From assembly GCF_009914755.1 (NCBI RefSeq), contig NC_060930.1: a DNA stretch of 64,000 nt; one strand, 5' to 3'. Below are positions 29,711 through 44,289 of this stretch, in pieces (positions within the stretch are counted from its first letter, which is position 1; the number at the start of each line of letters is the position of its first letter). Made by a program: the position numbers and the translations under genes. Under the pieces are notes generated by a model. The model worked only from the letters and a program-made list of their open reading frames with translations, was not told where the DNA came from and made no database searches. This DNA comes from the human T2T-CHM13v2.0 reference genome, Homo sapiens.

Positions 29711-30807
29711 TCCAAATTACTCTATACATGTATTTTCTTCTATTTTAATTTATTCCAAAGGTATCAGATGATATGCTGGAAAATATACAACAATAAGGCT
29801 ACTACTATAACACCACCACAAAAACAAAGTCTAGCTAATAGTTTGGTACCATTTGTCCCTTCAGAAAAGTTTAGATAAAAATTACATTGTATTTAACTAA
29901 CTTAACTATATGTGATGACAATGATGTGAATACTCTGATTATAATTATTTCTTACTTTATCTTATTCTTTCACACTCCCTCTGTTTGTGTAAGCATTGGC
30001 ATGGTTGTTCATTTTTCACCAGAGGCCATAAGTCAATTGAATACTCAAGCATAGATTTTGAATTAGATTGTTTTCACTTCATTATTGCAAAAGAGGGTTC
30101 TTTAGCTGTGAAATGGATATGGAAATTTTTCTAAAGCACCAATCAGGAAATATATACTGCAAATTTTTCTTAAGTGAGGGATAATTGTGATGCTTTTCTT
30201 CATCATATTTCTTAAATCAATTTCCTTTTCTTCCTCTTCCATAACCACCACTACCAATTTTAATTCTTGTAGTCTGTTACCTAAATTATTTCACTACCTC
30301 TAAATTGGTCTTCCATCTCTAGCCTTCCTTCAGAATTTCTTATGCATGAGGCCAGCCAGAATTTTTTAAATGGTTTCTTATACTGCTGTATTTCCCAAAC
30401 TTGCCATTACTCTTTACTATCTTTTCCTGAAGGGTAAAGGGCATTTAACATTCATTTGTCTACCTAGCCACACTTGATCTAAGCCAAAAGGTGGAGAATC
30501 AGTATATTCAGACCAACAAAAACACAGGAATAATATTCCCATGCATCTTCTTTTTTATATATATTTAAGGAACAGATGAATAAATACGTGAATAAAAGTG
30601 TTTTATATACAGAAATGCCGTATATCAAATGCATGTAGTATTTAATTATCCTTTTACAGTTTTCTAATACTGTTACGACTAATTTGAGGAAAAAGAAAGC
30701 AAATCTGCCTAGCGGATAAAATTTGAATGTGTTGTGCATTTTCATGTCATGTGGATACTGTCTTGACCTGCAATTGTGAGACCATATTCACATACAATAA
30801 GCAGGCT

Positions 30808-31358
30808 TGTGGAATTTAAAACTGTGCCAAAAAATCTTTGATAATAATCCCATAAAAGGTGTAATATAATTCCCCTCCCCCTAAGAATGAGTTGAACTTA
30901 GTGCCTTGATTCTATTCTAGTGGATAGAATATGAGGAAAGTGACAGTGTGTGACTCCAAGACTAGCTTATAAAAGGCAGTGTGGTTTCCACCTTGCTCTC
31001 TCTAGGTTCACTCACCCTGGAGAAAGCCAGCTGCATAAGGACACTTAGGCAGCTCAGTGGAGAGGACCATGAGGTAAGAAACAGATCTCCAGGCAATGGC
31101 CTGGGAGGAACTCATGTCACCTGACAACATCCATGTGAGTGAGCTTGGAAGCAGTTTTACCAAACTCAGTCAAATGTTCAAATGATTGCAATACCAGCCA
31201 ACACCTACATTGCAGTTTCATGGGAGATCCTGAACCAGAGCTGTCCAAATAAGCTTTTCTGTTTTCCCAACCCATGGATATAGTGAGGAAATAAATGTTT
31301 ATTGTTTAAGCCATTACAACTGGGAATAATTTCTTATATAAAAATAAATAAATAATGG
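30808..31358 (+). mobile_element. MLT1F-like solo LTR
   Basis: gaaagtgacagtgtgtgact..ataaaaggca..ctcaccctggagaaagccagctgc..gagcttggaagcag..aataaatgtttattgtttaagcca. Confidence 0.8.
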
Positions 31359-34300
31359 AGCCTCTAGGGGTAGATTTTATTTTAAACTGAGTGCATGGGA
31401 AGATATAAGGAATATGGTCAGAAATAATTGATCTGTCCCCTCTATTTTTTACTTGTAGAAATTAATAATCATTATATCAAGAATGTAGCAGCATTTGCAT
31501 GATGTATTTGTGTTGCAAAATAGAAAACACAGCTCAGACTTCATCATGATCATCATTACCTTTCTTAAAAAAATATTTAAAATATTTTCACATAATACTT
31601 TTATAAAAGCTTTGTGAAACCATTGAGTGACATATCCTAGCTTCTTAGGGACTCAGAAAATACAGAATTTCCTGTGCCACAAGCACTGTGCATGTAATCT
31701 TTACTTTTTTTCTTATTTCAGTAAAATAAACCCTATATTGTCAATTGGTTATTTATAGTGAATTATATTTTCACAAATGACATATATGTTTTTGTGGTAT
31801 ATATGAACTTGAATAGAATGGCTCTGTGATTAATATTACAATGGGTTTGTAAAGCATGCATTCAAGCTAAAATACTACCCTTTTTCTCCTTTCATGTCTT
31901 TTTATAACATTGAGCTTAAATTACACGTTATATTTTCTTTTATATTACACTAGGTAAAGACAAAACAACTTCTTAGAACATGTAGATATTATTATAATTG
32001 GCAGAATAATTTTGTAAAGAGTGAGTAAAGCTGTAAAATGAGATAGACTCTTTAGTCGACATGCTGTTTTATGTGTATATTTATAGAAATAGATATTAAT
32101 AATATTTCTATATTTCAGTACTTTTGCCAGAATAATAAAACAAAATAACTAAGTTTTATTTTAGAGAAAGTGTGCAAATAAAGAGTTTCAGTATTCTTTT
32201 ACAAGGCATATTAAATATAGCAGTGATTTTTTTTTCATTCTTATTTTAGACAATTGCATTTTTGAATTCTCCTCTTATGGAAATGTTAGTCTAACCAATA
32301 ATATTCAAAAAGGAAAACTAATCAGCCTTATGGAAGGAGACAGCTTGTCATTCTCCACTTTCCGTATCTACATTAATCTGGTTTTAATTTGGCATGGTTC
32401 TTCTATTTATCCAGGGTCTGGGGCTTGCATTTTTTTTTTTTTTTACTTGTGAGGAGATTGTAAATATGTTCACATGGCACATAGTAAAGTGGCAAGTTGT
32501 ATGCAGCAAGAAACTCTCAACTATGGGAAAACTCCATCCTGTGTGCTGTAGGGTGACTATATATAGGTTTGTTTTATTGTTTTTAATTTGCGTATCTTCT
32601 GTCTGTCCTTAAATTAGATTCAGTATCTTAATAATTTCACTTGAAACTCAAAGCCAAGATTTTGCTGTGTGAGGAAGTTTCTGAATAAGACATCAAGTTT
32701 CTAGCCATCAGAGGATAATTTATTGATACTTGTCAAAAGGAAGTATCAGTCTAACAGAAATCAAGACAAAAGGAATGCCTGATGAATTTTCTTTGAAGTG
32801 CCTTTTATAAAAGTCCTTGGTAATACATATTGATGAACTCCAAATTGTCTTGCCTGAAGGGAAAAGAAAGTAGACTGCTTTACACTGTCTTATAAATATT
32901 CATCAAAAGAACAAGACTTATGTTTCCAGGCGTGAGGTGAATGATTACGGTTGTATGATTGCCTTGGAATCTGGATAATTAGTAAAACAGCCGTTGACAG
33001 AGAATTTTAAACTTGGTACGTTTCTTGCCTTCACTTTATTTGGAGTCAGAAATAAAGCTTCCTATACCTAAGGGAAGCAGTTTTAGGGGATGAAGAATTG
33101 ATATTATCAAGTTCTAGCCATTGGTTGGTTTACTATCTTTTTAGCTCAAACTTAAAACAAAAATAATTGGTTTTATTTTTATTTATTTATTCTTTGGTAA
33201 TTCATTTTTGGTCTAATGAAACAGCACCACTCTTATTAAGGATGATTTGTTAGGATATGTGTCTTAAGACCTGAGGACTGTAAAATGATAGGATGAATCC
33301 ATCTAAATGATCAGACAGAATAGTTTTGTGTGACTGTTTTTTGCATGGGATTATTGTTGTCATTTTGCTTATTCATTTTGGACTGAGAAATTAACTTTGT
33401 GTTTCTTTTGCTTATTGAATCCATGGGATTAAAGATCCAGCTTGATTAAATGGACATGGAATTTTTGATGTTTGGAAGATAAGTATTGTTCATACCAAAA
33501 ATCAGAAATTATCTATCATTGTGTAACTAGTTGCACATTTCTCCTAACCCTTGTTTTATAAGTCATCCTCTAAACTGTTAGGAGGAAAATAATCCCTTCT
33601 CTGGAAACTTTATCCTTTACAGTGTTTAGCACTTAAATGCAATTAAGCAAACATAATATCCTCTTTGAAGCAAAATAGTTGCTCAGCTTAAGTAACTGAA
33701 ACTAATTATCTCTGTTGAATGAAAGACATATTCGGCAAGTGTTTGAAGAATGCTTCCTTCATGTTGAGCAGAAATTAGCACTTTTATTGGCGTTGCAGGT
33801 GGAGGAGCACTCAACATGCTGTATCTGTCAGTTCATACCCACATGTAGACCTACAAGTAAGAAAGGGGAACCGAAATTGACATGTATCTGGGAGTAAAAT
33901 GTGATAAAACAATTAATTTTTAAATAAGAGAAAGACAGGTTGAACAAATGATTCTCCTAGAAAATGTTTAGGTGTTATCTAAAAACTGTCCACTTATTGC
34001 AAGGGAAACTTTACTGCTTCAAACACCTTGGCCAGAAACATGCAGAATTTTAATACCCAGCAGCATTGACCTGTGGTAAATGCAGGAGATGACAATGATG
34101 GTGATGAGGGTATTGGTATTCTTGGAAAAGTAACTGAATACTTTGGCAAATAAAATTAAATGTTTTTCAGAAGCAAAGGAATCATCTTGTACTCTCCCAC
34201 TTTTGTTTTTTTAAATATTGCACTTTGTTTAATGTGCTTATAATTGATCTCATTCAGAATCTATGAAAAATAGTTTAGAAAAAAGACTCTTATAAGGCAT

Positions 34301-35209
34301 ATGGTGTCAGCAGTCTGGAACACTTAAATTGATCACATAGAATACCTAGATAAATTCAACATGGGATAGAAACAAAGCAAGAACCGTCTGGAAACTGAAG
34401 TGTTTTGTCTCTGAGGAAATCTATTATTTTTATTTTATTTCAAAAACATCACTGAGAAATTTACTAGCTATAATATCATTTATATAACATTTTTTTCAAG
34501 CATCTGAGGGAAAATAAATCTCCATTTAAAATGCAAATGGAAAAATGTGGGAAAATGAGTAGGGCAGAAAAGGAGAATTGACAGTTAAATATTTAAAACT
34601 TTGCATTATTGGGCACATTAACCTGAATTTTTGTAATATCAAACACAGCCTCACCGTATGCAATCAATGGTGCATATAAACATTTCAATGAAAATATTTC
34701 AAATGTCTATATGCAGAAAACCACAAGAGAAAGGCTACTATCTAAAAATAATAGCTATAATTAAAATTTTGAAACTACGGGATAACCCAATACTTACTAA
34801 ACCACAGCCATAGCTGGATTTGTTTTAGGACACTTTGTCTGCCCAGAGTACAACATCTTAAGAATGAGACAGAATTTACAATTGTCACTGGGAGGGCCTA
34901 TGAGGAAAGAAAAGTGACTTCAAGTTAAAGACTAACTTAGAAAACTTTCCCTGGTGCTGACTGAAATGACTCATGTTTTGCTGAGTGGATTTTTGAAGAA
35001 AGTAACAGCTTCCAGTGTTTTCAGTGGTAGGAGCCCACTAGGGTGCAGATGAGACCTGCACTCATGAAAGGCAAGTATAGATAGTCATAAAGCATGAAGA
35101 AACAGTTGACATCACCCCCTTCCCATTAAATTAATTCCTATAAATACAAATGTAAATACTGTAAGTTGTCATTTGTTTATCAGGGAAGAAAGGAATGATA
35201 AAAATTTTA

Positions 35210-35560
35210 AGCTGGCATGTTTAGAGTAAACAGGCACTCATATTTCATGTTTATCAGAGTGAAAATGGATGCAAATTTTTCAGTAAGTATAAAAAGAAAG
35301 CATATTCTTCCAGCAAGAAAGTTGACTACTAGACATTTATCAAAAGAAAATGAATAGGAAATTGTGTTAGGGTATATATTGTAGGCATGTTTATATAACA
35401 TTATAAAAAAATACTAGAAACAACTCAAATGATTAATAGTGAGAGACTGAGTAAATGCATCATATTAAACCAGACAGTTGTTCAATATTTAACCATTAAA
35501 ATATTTTATATATTTTATTTATATTTACATGAAAATTATATATTAGGTGAGAAGAGGATA
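35210..35560 (+). mobile_element. Ancient L1ME 3' fragment
   Basis: aaacaggcactcata..ctagacatttatc..agaaacaactcaaatg. Confidence 0.5.
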
Positions 35561-35633
35561 TATATGTGTGTACATAGCTCTATCTATCTATCATCTATCT
35601 AAAAGTCATCTATGATATATATCATATAGATGG

Positions 35634-36065
35634 TATTATGGGTTGAATTGTACTCCTCCACAATTCATATATTGAAATCCTAACCCCCAGTACCTAGAAT
35701 ATGACTATGCATTTGGAGACCTATCTTTAAAAAGGTACTGGAAATATTTTTAACAATCTTTTTAGAAGTCTTTAAAGGGGTAATCAAGGTAAAATGAGGT
35801 CATATGGAAGGGCCCTAATTCAGAATGACTAGTGTCCTTATAAGAAGAAATTAGGAAACACACAAGTACTGAGGGAAGACTGCATGAAAACATAAGGAGA
35901 AGATGGCCATCTGCAAACCAATGAGAGAGGCTTCAGGAGAAACCAATCCTGTTGAAGCCTTGCTCTTGGACTTTTAGCCTTCAGAATTGTGAGAAAATGA
36001 CCTTCTGTTGTTTGAACCACTTAATCTGTGGTACTTTGTTATGGCAGCCATGGGAAGCTAATACA
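35634..36065 (+). mobile_element. MLT1B solo LTR
   Basis: tattatgggttgaattgt..cctaacccccagtacc..gagaagatggccatctgcaa..tgtggtactttgttatggcagcc..ctaataca. Confidence 0.9.
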
Positions 36066-39000
36066 GATACTTACCTCTTGATGTAGATATAGACATAGAT
36101 ATATTTTTCTTGGTAATCTGTGTTTTCTATTTTTTTCTAACGTAAATACATACCATTTATATAATTTTAAAATATGCAGGAAATAAGAAAAAGCTGCTAG
36201 ACTATGTTAGTTGTGAAACACTGAATATTTCAGAATAACGTTCTCTAGAAACTCAATTAAGAATTAGGAAGAAAACATCAAATGTATCCAATCGTTCACA
36301 GGTAATTTTGCCCAGAAGTTAATTTCTGTAAGTTTGATATCTGTCATTTCTTGCTACAGATGCAATCAAGCAATATCTGATTCAAAAGTTTTAATCACAA
36401 TAACCACGCCAGAGGTGACTAGTTGAAAATAAGTGGGGTGACATATTTTGTGCAAAGATCCTAAGTTTTTAGTCAGTAGGGGCTTTGTGTCGTGGAACTT
36501 TCTACTCTCCATAGCACCTAGCAAAATTCTAGATATGAATTCATTCTTTATAAATGCTTTTTGACTGGCTTATTCAAAAAGTGAGAAAGAAGAACGATTT
36601 CGTAATAATTGACTTTCGTACTTTATTAATTGATGCATGTATTCATTGTAGTAAGATATAACTAAAAATCTTCACGTTGTTGATTGCAAGAAGCTACCTA
36701 TCAACATAGAATCAGGGATATGTCAGTTTTTCCCTTAAAAAATGAATAAAACCCAGAGTATAATTTGCCCTGGAAATGTCAATATCAGCAGTGTGATAGT
36801 TAGAGGACACAGAAGTGACAATCAAACTGTATTCAGTATGGCCATTTATTAGAAGTTTGGGGGGCCTAGTGCATGGTATATTTTTGGTTCTATAGGAGAA
36901 CTCAAAGTAATCTCTTCTGAATCCAACACATTCTCTAAAATCTCTGTATGCATGTAAATAAATGTAGCTCTATCTATAAAAAACGTAAATAAGTTTCAAA
37001 TTTTAAAACTTACAGATTTTCAGAAAACACATCAGTGATGGCTCAGGGAAACTATTTCAGATGAGGAAAATTATTTTCTTGATATTTGGTTATCTATTTT
37101 AACACAAGACTCTTGATAACAATATGTAATTGTTTAGGACCCATTAGCTTTTTACCTCAAATATTGTATAATTGCTTCAGTTAATTATAAAAAATATGGT
37201 TTCCATTTTATATTCACACATTAAAAACCTGTGAATGTTCACTTCCAGAAAAAAAAGTAAGGTATTTTTCTTCATACCTAAGATAATTTGCTTCTATATA
37301 TTCTATATATAAAGATATATTCTATATCTTTCTATATGGGTGTCATCTCTGTAGTGTCCCAGTCTTTCTAATCTTACTTGTTTTTCAAAAACCCATTCAA
37401 CACTTACAGTGTCACTATGAGAAAAAGATGAAAATCTGTGCTTTCTTCTAAGAAAATAAGTGTAGAGAAATTTATTTTAAAACACAAATCATATTACAGG
37501 TAAAATGTATATCAATAAAACCATATTATCTTTACGTGACACAGAAAACCATTATGTTTCTCTGTATTTGCTTCTTGTCTTTAGTTTTTATTGATTAAGC
37601 CTGGTTGCACCTCAGCCAGCTGATGAGTGTTCACCATCTTACTTCCATTTTGACTCTTCTTTGTCTGAACTGTTTCCCTACTGTCTGTCTCCAAACAGTT
37701 ACCTGTACTGATTTCAACTTTAACCTTCAACCCGATATATTTTTTAGCCACTCACAAAGAATTTTAAGAATTCACAAAACTGAGAGCTTCTGCCAGAAAT
37801 GCTGCAAAAGATGTTAGAAGTATATTAAATCAAGAAGTATTTTAAAAAAGCCTGCATATTTTGACTGCATTAGTCAGTCGATCATAAGAAAGTTGCCTAC
37901 ATCGTAAACACACTCTCCCAGAAACTTTAGTACAGGTGCGGCTTTAGTAAGTTCAGATGTATAAATGCTAAAGCTTATGTAAACATTCACTTGAAAGCAT
38001 CATTATTTACATTTGATAACCAGTTATAGGTTTTCATGATTTTAATGAATTTTTTACATTAACTTTTGGCTTTAGTCTCTCTAATTGAAGGTGACAAACT
38101 ATTAAAGCAAAAATTTAAAAACTGTATTATTCAAAATTCAAAAATCTAAAAAAAGTAAAGTAATTCGACCTAATTGAACTTTAAAATGCTGATTTAAAAA
38201 TAAATTTGTAGTATTACACTTTTGAAGTTATTAAGGTGTAAAAGTGTACTAAGACTTTTGGCACACTTTGGATTTCAATATTCTTCATTAAAAATGAATT
38301 TTAAAAAAACCTAAACAAAGAAAAATAGGACCATATTATACCTTCTTTACTATCCTTCAAAAATTGCTGAAAACTTTCCTGCAGTACAATGTCACTTATC
38401 TTCAATCATCTAGAGAATGAAAGCCAGGGAGTTCAAGGGAGCAGCCTCAGGTCATGGAGCTGGTTCATGAAGGAAAAGATTCCCTGGGCTGTCACTCCAT
38501 TTCTGTTCTCACTACCTAAATGGAGTAAGTCAATGAGAATTATGGACTTGATATTTTTATATTGGTGCCTGACATACCTAATCTCTCCCTTGACTAAAGT
38601 TGCCCAATCCATGAACCTCTGCTCAGAATAGTATCATCAGGCACTTCCTTTGCATAAAACATGGCTTTTGTTTGGACTGCAGTAAAGATCCATCCTAAGA
38701 GCAATATCGCCCTTAGCCTGCAAATGGGGCCCTGCACTGGGCTTTGTGATCCAGAGACTGTGTTCTAACCCTCTGCTGCATCATTCCCCATAGGGAAGGG
38801 AAGCGTAGGAAGGTGTTTTTAGGGCCTGAAGAATGAGCTGTGATACCAATTTTGGTACTCAACACAGAGTGGATAACTGCTAAATGTTGATTTGCAAAGG
38901 AAAAAAGCTTATTTTCCTTCATAGATTTTTACACGTATTCAAAGATTTATTGTGGTCCTAATCGTAAGTTTTTTTTTTTTTTCCTGACTTTTGTCTTTGA

Positions 39001-39504
39001 ACTTTCTTGGTCTGTATATTGTGCTTGCTTTGAAAATGTTAGGATCTGTGTCCAGTTCTCACATATATTTTACCCAGTCGGTGACATTTTCTTATGTAAT
39101 CATAAACCTGTATCCTTCTACGCATATACTTACATGATTTTATATACATGGGGTTTTGCCTTCTTTTGTCTATTTTGAGAGATGAAAATAACCCTTGCCT
39201 TTAGGAAAGAATAAGTTGGACTTGTATGTATTAGTAAGAACCTAGAGAAGACTACCTAAAATAAGTGTGAAGGACTGTGAAAGATATGTATAAGACTAAA
39301 ATATAATTATGCATTAGATATAGAGAATATGCTGGTAATGTGAAGAAAATACCAGGAAACATGTTTTTTGAGTTCAAAATAGAACATCTGAACTTTCCAA
39401 AACTGTGTATTACTTGTTATTGAAAAATCTCATATTGTTTATTTACATAAATTGCTTTCACATTTTTTTCTTGAATTTTCACGATATGCCAATTTTTCTT
39501 TTAC

Positions 39505-39615
39505 TTTCTCTCTCTCTATATATATATACATATGTTATATATATGTATATATAAATATTATATATGTATATATATTATATATACATATATATACACATAT
39601 ATATGATATATATAT
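39505..39615. repeat. (CT)n(AT)n low-complexity tract
   Basis: ctctctctctatatatatacatatg... Confidence 0.9.
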
Positions 39616-39955
39616 TTTGTAAGACTTCAAGGCTTCCTAATCTTTTTCAGTTACTGTCATGTGTATCCCTCACTTAACAATAGGGATATATTCTGAGCAA
39701 TGTGCCATTAGGTGATTTCATAATTACCTATGATTAGGTGAACATCATAGAGTATATTTACACAAATCTAGATGGTATACCCTATCACACACTTAGGTTA
39801 TATGGTATAGCCTATTACTCCTAAGCTACAAACCTGCACAACATTTTACTGACTGAATACTGTGGTCAACTGTAACACAATGGTAAGTATAAGTGTATCT
39901 AAAGATAGAAAAGGTACAGTAAAAATGTGACACAAAATACAGAAAATAGTACACC

Positions 39956-40507
39956 TGCATTAGTCAAGGTTCTCTAAAGGGAGAGAACTAATAGGATATA
40001 TGTGCATATATGAAGGGGAGTTTATCAGGAAAATTGACTCACACGATCACAAGGTGAAGTCCCACAATAGGCCATCTGCAAGCTGAGGAGTAAGGAAGCC
40101 AGTTCGACTTCCAAAACCTCAAAAGTAGGGAAGCCGACAGTGCAGCCTTCAGTCTGTGACCAAAGGCCTAAGAGCCCCTGGCAAATCACTGGTGTATGTT
40201 CAAGAGTCCACAAGCTAAAGAACTTGGAATCTGATGTTTGAGGGAAGGTATCATACAGCATGGGAGAAAGATGACGGCCAGAATACTCAGCAAGGGAAGT
40301 CTCATTCCATTTTCTTCTGCCTGCTTTATTCTAGCCATGCTGGCAACTGATTAAATGACACCCACCCAGATTGAGGGTGGGTCTGCCTCTCCCAGTCTAC
40401 TGACACAAATATTAATCTCCTTTGGCAACACCCTCACAGACACACCCAGGAACAATACTTTGCATCCTTCAATCCAATTAAGTTGACATTCAATATTAAC
40501 CATCACA
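39956..40507 (-). mobile_element. MLT2A2 (HERV-L) solo LTR
   Basis: tgcattagtcaaggttctct..gaagccgacagtgcagccttcagtctgtg..attaaccatcaca; TSD acacc/acatc. Confidence 0.92.
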
Positions 40508-40995
40508 ACATCTATATAGAGCACCTTCCATGAATGGACCTTACAGGACTGAAATCTGTTCTGGGTGAGTCAGTGAGTGAGTAAGAAGTAAATGTGAAAG
40601 CCTAAGTCATTACTGTATACTACCATAGACTTTATAAACACTCTACACTAAACTTATAGAATATATTTTTCTTTCTTCAGTAATAAATTAATCTTACTGT
40701 AACTTTTTTACTTCTACACTTTAATTTTTTTTAACTTTTGACTCTTTTGCAATAACACTTTAAAACAGACACATTACACAGCTGCACAAAATATTTTTCT
40801 TTTTTATATCCTTTTTAGTAAGCTTTTTCTTCTTTTTATTTTTATTTTTTACTTTTTAAACTTTTTTGTTTAAAAATTAAGACACAAACACACATCTTAG
40901 CTTAGGTTTACACAGGGTCAGGATCATCAATGTCACATCTTCAAGGACAATAACACACATAGAGCTGTCATCTCCTCTGATAACAAGGACTTTTC

Positions 40996-41180
40996 ACTGG
41001 AGCCTTTCAGAAGGTGGAGGTTGAGAGGAGGAAGAGGATCAGGAAAAATAACTAATGGGTGCTAGGCTTAATACTTGGGTAAGGAAATAACCTGTACAAC
41101 AAACCCCCATGACACAAGTTTACCTATATAACAAACCTACACTTGTACTGCTGAACTTAAAAGTAAAAACAACAAAAAAA
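40996..41180 (+). mobile_element. 5'-truncated L1PA (PA13-like) 3' end inside Tigger3
   Basis: aggatcaggaaaaataactaatggg..aaacccccatgacacaagtttacctat; A tail; gactttt duplication. Confidence 0.88.
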
Positions 41181-44100
41181 AGACTTTTTCTGGAACACCT
41201 CCTGAAAGACCTGCCTGAGGCCGTTTACAGTTACCTTGTTTTTTCAAGTAGGAGTATACTCTAAAATAATGAAAAAAAGTATGATCTAGTAAATGCATAA
41301 ACCAGTAACGTAGTTCTTTACTATCATTATCAAGAATTATGTAGTGTACATAATTGTATGTGCTATACTTTGATAAGACTGATGGCTCTGTAGGTTTGTT
41401 TACACCAACATCACAGACACCTGAGTAACATGTTGCACAATGACATTTCAATGGCTACAATGTCACTAGGTGATAGGAATTATTCAGCTTAATTATAATC
41501 TCATGAATCCACAGAAGTATATGTGGTCCATTGTTGACTGATACATTATTATGTGCACATGGCTGAATTAAACTTAGTCCAGTCCATATTAAATTCCATC
41601 TCATACTCAATACAGATTCCCCCGGGACAGGTTGAAGGTGCTTAGAATTGGGCAGGGGATGGGATCTACTTTCTTTCCTCTTCCTACTTTAGTACCTTGG
41701 CCTGGAGAGAGATCTCAGCCAGGCTCTGGGTCATTTCCTTTTCTGGATTTAACTATTCAAAAGTCGGGGCCAGAGATACAGGAAAGTAGAGGCAGAGATC
41801 TTATTTATCGAAGTGTATGTTGGCATAGAAATTATCCTTAATCACTACTCCAGTTAGACCTTGTTCAGTCTGATGTTAGTGGTCTTTGCAGAGGATACTA
41901 TATACAGTTTCCTCAAAAAAGTACTCAAGTCATTCCATCTTTCCTGTCATAAGGGAATATTCCATAGGGAGGGGAGGCTTAGGTACTCTTTAGTCCTTCC
42001 AGAAGCCATGCAAAAAACAAAAACCCTCTGTCTAGTTGTGAGGTTACTTTGCTTGGTTTGGTAGCCCCTGTTCAGCCTTCTGCATCCTTCCAATCCTCTA
42101 AACTCAATGATTCTTTCCTTGGAGGAAAGGGCACTACCTGGTCTTATTCGGTGTCATTGAAGGGCTGTGAAGAACTGGAAAGGAAGTTTATGCATCTTTT
42201 ACTTCTCAGGGTCTCTATAACAGTCCTCTCATGCCCTGCTGATGCAGATTTCTCCAAGGAAACTCTGACCTTTAGAAATCTATAGACTAAAAGAAGTTTC
42301 TAATTGAGTTCATTACATGTCCTAATTAAAGGGGACTACATAGAACTGCTTTCCTAAAAATCAGTAGAAAATTTTGCTTTCTATTACCTTTTGCCCTATT
42401 CAAAACATATCCTAAGCATTGCCATCTGTTTGAAAAACGTAAGTTTTTGAATCTCAGCAATGTGTTGACCTTAATCTACTTAACTACTGCATGATTACTG
42501 CTTTTCGAATAGCTAGAGAGTCATTCACCCCCTCGCCCAACCAGCACCGAATGTTTGTTCCAAAATACTATCACATTAGTGTCTCACATTAGCTGAACAT
42601 AAACAACTGGAAAGGAAATAATTTGGGATGAATAATCATGCATAGCATACTGAGGATGGAGTTGGGGGATGGTAGAGTGTTATGTACTAGGAAAGGATAA
42701 AGAAAATGTCCCAGAAGTGGTCAACTAGAAGAATCATTGTTTTGCATGTACTGGGAAAGGAAAGGGGGAATAATGTCTAATTGTCTAATAGTGGAAGGTT
42801 TTATATATATATATACATATATATATAAACAATTATACAATATAAATCTAAACATAAATATATGTGTATGTATATATATTTATATTTATAAATCTATCTA
42901 TATTTCCATGCATATTTATGTTTATAAATCTATCCTCATTTATGTGTCAGAGAGCTAGATATGCTTATATCAGGCCTGAAGAACCGTGGTGGATTGATAA
43001 AAACAGTTGGATTGATGGCTGCTAGATTTCAGGAATTGGGCTATAAATAATGTCTATAAACATACCATACAACCCCACATTTGAGAAGCATGGCATTGAA
43101 GCTACAGAGTGGAGGTGAGAGAGTACTACATATTGTAGATGTGAACTGTCCTGAGAAAGTCAGTTTTATTCTTTGAAGAATAGTAAACAAAAACACGATG
43201 TGGGAAACCTCTGCAATACATTTTAGAAGAAAGAAAAGAAAATCTACTTTGAAGGCTGATAGGGGAGTGAAGCTGAAAATTATTTACTTCAAAAACCAGA
43301 ATCAATTTTTAGATAGCTATGAGGCAAACTTAAATTTAATGAAAGAAGACATGGCTTTAATAAAACAGAAGCAGAAAACTACAAGGGCTGAATAATCATA
43401 GATAAAATTCCAACATGATGAGATAGAGAAGGAGGTACATAAATGATGTAAGGATTGTAAGTAATCCAAATGTTTAATAATCAATGTAACTGTTTATTAG
43501 AATCAATAAATAGCATAAATTAAAAATAGAAATGCTAGCAATTTGGAGAATAAATTTGAGAGCTTTAGTAAAGAAAAATAAATAGTGAATAGGTCAAAAT
43601 TTATTTCAAGAGAACTGGAAAGAAAAAGAGCAGAAGTAAATATGTAAGAATTTCAGTAATTCCTAAAAGAGAAAATAAAACAATTGGAATACTAATCAAA
43701 ATAAAACATAATTCATCTGTAAATATATATATATATAAATATATATGTATATGTCTCTAATTTAATGAGGTTACAAAATTTAATCCTATACATATTTCAG
43801 GAAAAAGTAAGATATTTAAACATAAATATATTCTTGCACAACTCTGAAATTCAAAGGTAAATAATATTGCCATCGGCTCCCATCAGCAGGGAATAACCCA
43901 ACCTATGAAGAACAAAAAGTTGAAAGGAAGGAAGAGAAGAAGGAAGAGAGGGAGGAAGGCAGGGCAAGAAAATTGAAAGGGGAAGAGAAAGAAGGAAAAT
44001 TTTAAGGGGGTGGGAAGAAAAACAAGGCTGGAATTTGATGTTTCTATAACACTAAATGATCAGAGAAACTGAATAAACATGTACAAAGTCTTGATGGGAA

Positions 44101-44199
44101 AAACTGGGGCTCTTGAATTTTGCAGGCAGTCTGATTTATTTTTAAGTGTGAAGGCAAACTCTAAATTTTCAGAAAAGCAAGCGGTTAAGACAAATCTCC

Positions 44200-44200
<1 letters not shown>

Positions 44201-44258
<58 letters not shown>

Positions 44259-44268
44259 CATCCATCCA
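44201..44268. repeat. (TCTA)14(TCCA)3 tetranucleotide STR
   Basis: Direct count. Confidence 0.97.
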
Positions 44269-44289
44269 TGTAGTAACATCCACTATTAT

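Larger units (their letters stand above)
39654..41565. mobile_element. Tigger3b-like DNA transposon, interrupted twice
   Basis: TIR-like ends ctgtcatgtgt / gcacatggctg; gaacatcatagagt..ctagatggtata..gggtgagtcagtgagtgag. Confidence 0.88.

Noticed and set aside
33760-33818. 9-bp inverted repeat catgttgag/ctcaacatg
   Set aside because: The interior does not pair, so it is not miRNA-like.
41570-42300. GC-balanced segment as a possible exon or old LINE
   Set aside because: No convincing ORF, splice pair or family motif; left uncalled.
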